Assembly (NCBI GenBank): GCA_020060385.1
Contig: JAGVAH010000161.1
Span: 8,162-72,161, forward strand
Direction: 5' to 3'
DNA length: 64,000 nt
DNA from: Syntrophobacterales bacterium
Lineage (GTDB): Bacteria; Desulfobacterota; Desulfobaccia; Desulfobaccales; 0-14-0-80-60-11
Shown in pieces: positions 59,401 to 64,000 of this stretch. The translations under genes and the position numbers were made by a program. Under the pieces are notes generated by a model that searched no databases, was not told the origin of the DNA, and worked only from the letters and a program-made list of their open reading frames with translations. Numbering within the stretch: position 1 is the first letter of the stretch; every line of letters begins with the position of its first letter.

Positions 59401-59907
59401 ACAATGGCTCCGGCCCGCTCCCGTCTCGATACCTCCATGGCCCTGATTCAACAGACCGGCAGGGCCATCCGCAACCTGATGGCCGAACTCCGCCCCCCGG
59501 TGCTGGACGACTACGGACTGCTGGCGGCCTTGCGCTGGCACGCCGGTGAATTCACCGCCTGGACGGGCATTGCCGTGGAGGTGGAGGGAGAAGAACTAAC
59601 CCCCCGCTTGGACCCCACCGTGGAGAACGTCTTCTTTCGTATTTCCCAGGAGGCCCTGACGAATGTGGCCAAACACGCCCAAGCCTCCCGGGCCGTCGTC
59701 AGCCTCGAAGCTCTTGGAGACACGGTGAGAATGGTCATTGCCGACAATGGGGCGGGCTTCGACCCAAAGAGCGTCGGCAAGCCCAAGGGGGGGCACGGTT
59801 GGGGGTTGCTCTCCATGCAGGAACGGGCCCTGGCCGTGGGGGGGCGCTGCCGCATCGAATCTTCTCCCGGGGAAGGCGCTAAAGTAGTGGTGGAGGTGAA
59901 CCGATGA
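53494..59907 (+). CDS. Giant sensor histidine kinase: TM-Cache-like-TM-HAMP-GAF-(PAS)x11-HisKA_3-HATPase
   Basis: 2137 aa. The periplasmic-type domain sits between two TM segments. HAMP is ...LASGDLSVRTNLGGGPDELTRLAGAFDRMADSL and a GAF-like block follows. The inter-PAS linker D(I/V/L)T(A/E/R)RK..E occurs 11 times by my count. The NarL-type H-box is LARELHDQVGQNLT (about 59320-59350) and the ATPase shows DNGAGF and GGHGWGLLSMQERA. Confidence 0.92.
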   Translation: MFPFFLSLRFRLFGLVGLALLPALGFILHHAYEQQKRVVVEAQDEAVRLADLNALHLEQMIGGVRQLVVALAQIAQVKDTPEFQRADFLAKLLKQYPYYHILGVVNMDGSLACSAPPAPPHQPMNFADRPWFKKVVQTRRFFVSDLQTSRVVPGRRDVVFAHPVLNPEDELVGVAGVSLSLKWLGEMAAKANLPPGAVLLVTDRRGNILARSAESVKWAGQPAPGSPLIGTILQQRQGLAQVAGLDGVSRLYAFLPVYRQEGPPEPDVAMYVAVGLPTEMAFAAVNRTLVDNLAVIGLITILISILAWWGGNLLVLKPVQALAGTVAQLASGDLSVRTNLGGGPDELTRLAGAFDRMADSLQRREAERDQAASRVAILNRLYLVRSRINAVMVRTRDPQRLYEQVVGIAVEEGGFRMAWVGEVNQKAHRVMPVAQGGHVDNYLDGIIISTLDVPEGRGPTGTAVREDRMVFLNDWEQDLQMAPWRESGIKRGYRSSAAFPLRLDHQVVAVLSLYAGTPDFFTAEEVALLTALSDDLSFALEAMGQERQRREAEARLKNQMEFVTTLLETMPTPVFYKDAAGRYLGCNLAFEEFFGQPREEIVGKDVYDMGPPEIAGKYAAMDQALFNQPGKQMYEWKVMAADGAEKEVIFNKATFSDASGQVAGLIGVIQDITARKQTEEALRESEGTLRTLINANPEGLFLMDSEGIILAANETIARRLGKDVEELVGSCVYQFLPPDTAARRKTMVAQAVASGAPLIFDDQRGDRFIDNRIHPILDADGKVRRVAVLGIDITARKEAEEALRAASRNWQTTFDAISDGVALLNRESRIVQANRAFLDLVGKEAAEAEGRHCWELVHGTEAPIADCPLVRMWRSRRRETLELAVGERWFLATADPILDEAGEVTSAVHIIADITDSKKAEEAIRESEERFRLAFESANVGMTLVGLDGRHLQVNPALCNMVGFREEELLGMSVQETTHPDDLAVSRDFIQRVMAGEISAGTFEKRHLHKSGRVVWTRVSSALVRNAQGQPQYFISLVEDITARKQAEEELAAIKTRLEKTFAVMGEMVLVTDPATRTITACNQAVQDIFGYRPEEVIGRNTEFLHVHRAAYEEFGRLLFPALDRDGRVAFEFQMKRRDGSLISCEHSVTEILDEAGRRTHLVGIIRDISARRRAEAERDRLFNLSIDMLCIAGFNGFFNQVNPAWSKTLGWTEEELLSKPWLEFVHPEDRQATIAAGERLIAGEAVYAFENRYLCRDGTHRWLSWNSFPLQEEGLIFCVVRDVTERKLAAEALLREKQFSDMAIESLPGVFYLFSADGKYLRWNANLEQVTGYTGADFAGMLPWDLFRGPERERTAAAFQEALQKGEVAIEAELAAKDGGQTPYLFTGRRVEIGGTTCVLGMGIDITARKQAEAALQESEARFRNLFEQASDGFFVINADNHYLDANTQGLAMLGHTRDELLQMNVADVLVPPERPRLEVEPKLMMAGQLHLAEWEHLRKDGSTFWGEVSARRVTDQYYLAIVRDLTERKEAEAALRQSEELYRSLFENMLNGFAYCKMLFENNQPRDFIYLDVNQSFEALTGLKDVVGKKVSEVIPGIRESDPGLLETYGRVALTGQPERFEIYLEALQMWFAISVYSPGKEYFVAVFDVITERKQAEEALRHEKELSDFIINSLPGVFYLYDEQLRFLRVNRKFEEVLGYSAPEIANMSPLDLFEGPDRDLVAQRIEQVFNEGEGEVEAFFVTKERDHIPYYFTGLRTMINGKPHLLGVGIDITARREAEAARRQSEERLRLAVAASGTGLWDWDLRTNRVYFSPEWKRQLGYEDLELPNRFEEWESRLHPEDHDRAVATVQAYIENPWPDYEIEFRLRHKDGSYRWILAKADLYFDETGRPVRMMGSHLDITRRKLMEQELEEASKQLRGLAARLAESEDAERKRLARELHDQVGQNLTVLSINLDIVKGQLPEKTMAPARSRLDTSMALIQQTGRAIRNLMAELRPPVLDDYGLLAALRWHAGEFTAWTGIAVEVEGEELTPRLDPTVENVFFRISQEALTNVAKHAQASRAVVSLEALGDTVRMVIADNGAGFDPKSVGKPKGGHGWGLLSMQERALAVGGRCRIESSPGEGAKVVVEVNR

Positions 59908-60557
59908 ATATCACCGTCTTTTTGGCTGACGATCACGCCGTGGTCCGGGACGGGCTCAAGTTATTATTGGAATCCCAAGCCGACATCAAGGTGGTGGGAG
60001 ACGCGGCTGACGGACGGACCGCGCTCAAACAGCTGGGGCGGCTCCGCCCCGACGTGGCCATTCTGGATATCGCCATGCCCGGCTTAAACGGCATCGAAAT
60101 AACCGCTCAGCTCCAGCAAAGCGCCCCCGGCACCAAGGTGGTCATCTTGTCCATGCATTCCACCCCGGAACATATCTACCGGGCCTTGCAAGCCGGAGCC
60201 CGGGGTTATCTCCTGAAAGAGTCGGCCGGCCTGGAGGTGGTCAAGGCGGTGCGCCGCGTCCATGGCGGACGCCGTTACCTGAGCGACGCAATCTCCGACC
60301 AGGTGATCGAAGGATTTCTCAAGCCAGGCAAGGAGCAAACGGAGGAAAGCCCCCTGGAGCGCCTCAGCGCCCGGGAGCGGGAAATCCTGCAACTGGTGGT
60401 GGAGGGCAAGTCCAGCGCCGAGATTGCCGAAATTTTGTTCCTATCCACCAAGACGGTGGAAACCTACCGCAGCCGCTTGATGCAGAAGTTGGGGATCAAC
60501 GATATTCCAGGTTTGGTCAAGTTCGCCATTCAGCACGGGCTGACGCCGATAAAATAG
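59904..60557 (+). CDS. NarL/FixJ-family response regulator (REC + LuxR-type HTH)
   Basis: 217 aa with FLADDH, VAILDIAMPGLNG and ILSMH. The HTH is LSAREREILQLVVEGKSSAEIAEILFLSTKTVETYRSRLMQKLG. It has an ATGA overlap with the kinase. Confidence 0.92.
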   Translation: MNITVFLADDHAVVRDGLKLLLESQADIKVVGDAADGRTALKQLGRLRPDVAILDIAMPGLNGIEITAQLQQSAPGTKVVILSMHSTPEHIYRALQAGARGYLLKESAGLEVVKAVRRVHGGRRYLSDAISDQVIEGFLKPGKEQTEESPLERLSAREREILQLVVEGKSSAEIAEILFLSTKTVETYRSRLMQKLGINDIPGLVKFAIQHGLTPIK

Positions 60558-60627
60558 GCTGAGCCTCTTCCCCCGCCGACCAATCCTACCCCTCCCTCCC
60601 CTCTGACCCGCCTGCAAGGGTGCGGTC

Positions 60628-60778
60628 ATACCAAGTCGCAATCTAACGGCATTTTTTTTGTAGGGGCGAATCTTGTATTCGCCCTTTGTGAGCGGACGAA
60701 CCCATGTGTCCGCCCTAAATAGGGCGCACACGCGGGTGCGCCCCGACTATTCCTCGCCATTAGATTGCGACTTGGTAT
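60628..60778. mobile_element. MITE-like element (151 bp) with 23-bp terminal inverted repeats and three internal hairpins
   Basis: The left TIR is ataccaagtcgcaatctaacggc (60628-60650). The right TIR gccattagattgcgacttggtat (60756-60778) matches 22 of 23 positions as reverse complement. Internal hairpins are GGGCGAA-tcttgta-TTCGCCC, GCGGAC-N10-GTCCGC and GGGCGCAC-acgcgg-GTGCGCCC. Confidence 0.7.
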
Positions 60779-60919
60779 GCGAGAGTCTTCGCAGGGGCCG
60801 AAATAACACGATATTCGGGCTTTCCGCGTTTATCAAGCAACCCCCACAAGATTTATCAAAATCCACCGACAGACACAGGCGCCCTGAAACTTTAAATTTA
60901 CACTGCCAGCCACTGATTG

Positions 60920-61444
60920 ATGGCGCTGAACATTTTGGCAGAAGGAGAACCTGTGCAGCCAACCATAGTTATCGCCGAGAATCATGAAGGACTGCGGGAG
61001 TGGCTACGGCGGCGTTTGGAAGAAGCATATCCGGGCTGCCGCGTGCTGGAAACGGACAACGGCGAAGAAGCCGTGAGGGTGGCCTATGTGAGAGTCATCT
61101 CCCTGGTGATTGCGGCCTTCCATCTGCCCGGCCTGAACGGCCTCCAGGTAGCCCAGTGTCTTAAGGCGGTGAGGCCCAAGCTCCCGGTGGTAATTCTCAT
61201 CCCCTGGGAAGATGAGATGTATGCTCTCGCCGCGGCTACGGCCGGGGCCGGCGCTTGCGTGGCCAAAGGGAAGATGGATGCCGACCTTCTGCCTGCCTTG
61301 GAGAATATCTGGCTCAATGAATCTGTAGAGCCCAACCCCGCTTGCCAATGCCAAGGCCGAAGCCGGGAGGAGGCTGAATTTGTAAACTTCCCTGACAAAA
61401 AGAATCAAAGTCCCCTGACGGACAAGGGAGGTGGTCTTGTTTAA
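60920..61444 (+). CDS. Pseudo-receiver domain protein (REC fold lacking the phospho-acceptor Asp)
   Basis: It aligns by eye to the next gene. IVIAENH corresponds to LIVDDH, VIAAFHLPGLNG to [12 protein letters not shown] (Asp replaced by Ala), ILIPW to MLSVY, and the Lys is kept (CVAKG). An alternative start is the GTG at 60953 after GAAGGAGAA. Confidence 0.72.
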   Translation: MALNILAEGEPVQPTIVIAENHEGLREWLRRRLEEAYPGCRVLETDNGEEAVRVAYVRVISLVIAAFHLPGLNGLQVAQCLKAVRPKLPVVILIPWEDEMYALAAATAGAGACVAKGKMDADLLPALENIWLNESVEPNPACQCQGRSREEAEFVNFPDKKNQSPLTDKGGGLV

Positions 61445-61487
61445 CCTAAATGCAAAAAGAGAATCTCGGCACCAAAGAAAGGCAACG

Positions 61488-61856
61488 ATGAGCCTTACTG
61501 TTTTAATTGTCGATGATCACAGGGCGGTGCGTCTGTCATTGCGGAGCTGGCTGGAAATGGCTTTCCCTCAGTGCCGGTTTGTGGAAGCGGCCAGCGGCGA
61601 AGAAGCCGTGACCATGGCCCAGTCCGTCAATCCCGCCCTGGTGATTATGGACGTGGGCCTTCCGGGGATAAACGGCATTGAGGCCACCCGCCAGATTAAA
61701 GCCTCCCGGCCGGATGTCCTGGTCGTCATGCTTTCAGTTTATGACGACGAAGCCTACCGGTTTCAGGCGGCCGACGCCGGAGCCAGCGCCTATGTCTCCA
61801 AGTGGCGCATGCAGGCCGAACTCCAGCCTGTGGTGGCGCAATTGCTTTCTCTATGA
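61488..61856 (+). CDS. Stand-alone receiver (CheY-like) protein
   Basis: 122 aa from the ATG at 61488, with canonical [25 protein letters not shown] and YVSK. Confidence 0.88.
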   Translation: MSLTVLIVDDHRAVRLSLRSWLEMAFPQCRFVEAASGEEAVTMAQSVNPALVIMDVGLPGINGIEATRQIKASRPDVLVVMLSVYDDEAYRFQAADAGASAYVSKWRMQAELQPVVAQLLSL

Positions 61857-61934
61857 AGTCTCAGCCTTCCCAACCCGGGCGGGTACAGGGATTTAATCAG
61901 GTAAAGATACGACTTGCCCTTAAGGAAGAAAGAA

Positions 61935-62039
61935 ATGCAGCTGTTGAGCGATCCAATCGAAACCTGGAAAAACTTAAGTGACGAACCGCGCCTATTATTA
62001 TGCCGGCGCCTCTCCAACTCCATGAGATACGGCTTCTAA
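61935..62039 (+). pseudogene. Decayed duplicate of the 5' end of the PAS sensor gene at 62779
   Basis: Nucleotide similarity to 62779-62880 covers ATG..TTGAGCGATC..GAAA.C..GACG.A.CGCG..TTAT.ATTATGCCG.CGCC. A frame shift is then needed to keep the similarity (LTERVYHYADA vs VTNRAYYYAGA). It ends after 34 codons. Confidence 0.45.
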
Positions 62040-62062
62040 AGATGGCGGAAAGGGAACAAAGG

Positions 62063-62275
62063 ATGAATTGCTGGGAATTTAAAAAATGCGGGCGGGAGAC
62101 AGACTGCCCGGCTTATCCTGATCACGGCACGGAATGCGCCCGGGTGACGGGGACTCTCTATGAGGGGAAGGTGCAGGGAATTTTTGGCATGAAACTGACC
62201 ACCTGCATGCATTGTGATTATTACCGCAGCCCCCATTACCTCTTGGAATTAAGGACTGTCTCCAGAAACCCCTGA
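62063..62275 (+). CDS. Small Cys-rich 'NCWEF' protein, copy 1 (two-CW-like domain)
   Basis: 70 aa reading MNCWEFKKCGRETDCPAYPDHGTECARVTGTLYEGKVQGIFGMKLTTCMHCDYY... It is a tandem paralogue of 62376..62579 and shares the leader ggcgg.aaagggaacaaaggATG. The Cys of the GTLCGG motif is replaced by Tyr in this copy. Confidence 0.75.
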   Translation: MNCWEFKKCGRETDCPAYPDHGTECARVTGTLYEGKVQGIFGMKLTTCMHCDYYRSPHYLLELRTVSRNP

Positions 62276-62375
62276 ACTTACCGTAAAGGGATACTCTACG
62301 GCGTTTTGCGAGATAACCCCATTAACTTGGGCCGTATAATAACAGGCCCCCATTAGGCGGCAAAGGGAACAAAGG

Positions 62376-62579
62376 ATGAATTGCTGGGAATTTAAAAAGT
62401 GCGGATGGGAAAAAGACTGCCCGGCTTATCCTGATCACGGCACGGAATGCGCCCGGGTGGCCGGGACTCTTTGTGGCGGGCAGGTGCAGGGAATCTTTGC
62501 CCTTAAACTGCTTACCTGCATGGAATGCGATTTCTATCAGAGTCCCCACAACAAGACCCGTAATAGTTGGAATTCATAA
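62376..62579 (+). CDS. Small Cys-rich 'NCWEF' protein, copy 2 (two-CW-like domain)
   Basis: 67 aa reading MNCWEFKKCGWEKDCPAYPDHGTECARVAGTLCGGQVQGIFALKLLTCMECDFYQSPH..., with 7 Cys. A stop lies in frame 36 nt upstream, so the start is fixed at MNCWEF. Confidence 0.78.
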   Translation: MNCWEFKKCGWEKDCPAYPDHGTECARVAGTLCGGQVQGIFALKLLTCMECDFYQSPHNKTRNSWNS

Positions 62580-62778
62580 GTAACCGGATGATTTCCACAT
62601 TTAAGTGATAGGGGTAGCGCCGATGTCTGGAAATGGCAAATGCAAACCGAACCCATCCTGGCCCACCAACGTGTTCTGGGCTATTTCAGATTTGGAAATC
62701 TGTGGCGGTTCCAGCCACTCAGGTACCGGCATCTCTGCAAGCCATAGAGGCAAGAGTTTACCCCTGAAGGAAAATGAA

Positions 62779-64000
62779 ATGAAGCCTTTGAGCGATCTCA
62801 TAGAAAGCCATGAAGTCTGGTTGACGGAACGCGTTTATCATTATGCCGACGCCCATGGCTACTTGAAGCACACCTCCATTGCCAAGGAAGAGTGGCGGCA
62901 CTCCATAGCCTTCCTGTCTTTGGCCGTACTGTCTTGCCTTAACGGCCATGAAAGGATACGGGGGGTTGAGCCGGAGGTCGATTACCTCCAGGGTCCCCTG
63001 GCCGATTTTGCCGCGGCGGAGGCGAAGAGGCACCGGCAATGGGGAGGCGGTTTAGGACTATTTCTCGGCTTGCTGAAATTCTACCGCCAGGGCTATCTGG
63101 ATCTGATCCATCAAGCCCATCTCACCCCCCATGAAAAAAATCATGGTTCTTTCTTGATTAACCGGCTATTCGACCGCCTGGAGATTGCCGGTTGGACTGC
63201 CTGGAACAGCTTTGGCCAAACGGAATATGGCAAGGAGGATAACTCTCCGGATGGCAAACGGGGTGAAGGGGTGGTCTGGCACCGGTCTCCGGATGAATCA
63301 TCTTTGCGGCTGCGGAGCCGCTATGAAGTCATCCTGAATTCCGCCTGGGAAGGCATCATAGAATTGGACCTGAACGGCAACGTCACCTTTATCAATCCCG
63401 CGGCCGCGCGGATGTTGGGCTATGAGGCTGAAAAACTCCTGGGGCGTCACGGCCATTCCACCTGGCATCATACTAAAGCCGACGGGACCCCCCATATGTA
63501 TGAAGACTGCGGGCTGCATGTCGCTCTGCAGGCGGGTGAGGTTCTCCATGCCCAAGACAGCGTTTTCTGGCGGCAAGACGGCACAAATTTCCCGGTGGAG
63601 TACGCCGGCATCCCCCTGATGGCAGGCGGCAAGAGAATAGGAGCGGTGTTGACTTTTTGGGACATTACCAAGCGCCGCCGGGCGGAAGAGGCTTTGCAGG
63701 ACCGGGAGGAGCGTCTGCAGCGCTTGGTGGAGACGGTTCCCAGCGGCATTGCCATCACCGACGACCGCGGTAGCATTACTTTTGCCAACCCGGCGGCGGA
63801 GAAGATCCTGGGATTGCGGCGTAGTGAGGATCCCCAAACGGCTTATCAGAATTCGGGTTGGCGGTTCACCCGCATCGACGGCCAACCGGTTCCACTGGAG
63901 GAGTTGCCTTGCAATTTAGCCCTTCGAACCGGTAATGCGGTGTACGACCTGGAGTATGCCGTGGTCCTGCCGGACGGCGCCCGCACCCTGGTGTCCGTCA
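62779..64000 (+). CDS. PAS-domain sensor protein, 5' part (continues beyond window end)
   Basis: Absent from the ORF track because it has no stop. The ATG at 62779 follows GAAGGAAAA. The N-terminus is MKPLSDLIESHEVWLTERVYHYADAHGYLKH... From about 63310 there are two PAS blocks (...LNSAWEGIIELDLNGNVTFINPAAARMLGYEAEKLLG... and ...LVETVPSGIAITDDRGSITFANPAAEKILG...) joined by the linker DITKRRRAEEAL. Confidence 0.85.
   Translation, partial: MKPLSDLIESHEVWLTERVYHYADAHGYLKHTSIAKEEWRHSIAFLSLAVLSCLNGHERIRGVEPEVDYLQGPLADFAAAEAKRHRQWGGGLGLFLGLLKFYRQGYLDLIHQAHLTPHEKNHGSFLINRLFDRLEIAGWTAWNSFGQTEYGKEDNSPDGKRGEGVVWHRSPDESSLRLRSRYEVILNSAWEGIIELDLNGNVTFINPAAARMLGYEAEKLLGRHGHSTWHHTKADGTPHMYEDCGLHVALQAGEVLHAQDSVFWRQDGTNFPVEYAGIPLMAGGKRIGAVLTFWDITKRRRAEEALQDREERLQRLVETVPSGIAITDDRGSITFANPAAEKILGLRRSEDPQTAYQNSGWRFTRIDGQPVPLEELPCNLALRTGNAVYDLEYAVVLPDGARTLVSV

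Overview
High-GC bacterial chromosomal segment with about 60 supportable genes. The content points by inference to a sulfate/sulfite-reducing Desulfobacterota-like organism: dsrMKJOP plus ferredoxin, many PAS/REC signalling proteins, HD-GYP, and an alpha-2-macroglobulin/PbpC pair. Left to right: an M50 protease, an outer-membrane barrel, pstB-phoR-phoB, pbpC and a thioester alpha-2-macroglobulin, a PEP-mutase-family enzyme, wrbA, and an alpha-glucan phosphorylase. Next come a visibly AT-richer PAS-Cys4-REC gene, a GNAT protein, usp, fdx-dsrPOJKM, corA, qor, polX and MerR-TPR. Then HD-GYP, an SQR-like flavoprotein with DUF1641, a NahK-like kinase, an integrase island, and a dense signalling cluster. 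That cluster holds a 2137-aa histidine kinase, a NarL-type regulator, a pseudo-receiver, a receiver, two small Cys-rich 'NCWEF' proteins and a PAS sensor. Main second-look items follow. (1) The SQR-like gene is split only by an in-frame TGA, followed by a GGUC-loop hairpin, so it is a selenocysteine candidate. (2) An element of about 9.4 kb (integrase, RelE TA, HTH, primase-helicase) sits next to a 46-nt 3' fragment of initiator tRNA-Met and carries two AT-rich cargo genes of unknown function. (3) Tandemly duplicated small Cys-rich proteins are embedded among receiver and PAS genes. (4) There is a PAS protein whose output is a CxxC...HxxCxxC module plus a receiver rather than a kinase. (5) Several intergenic repeat families are present: a 150-bp MITE-like element in two copies, inverted heptamer arrays, and G-rich palindromes. 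No CRISPR array, rRNA or intact tRNA was seen.
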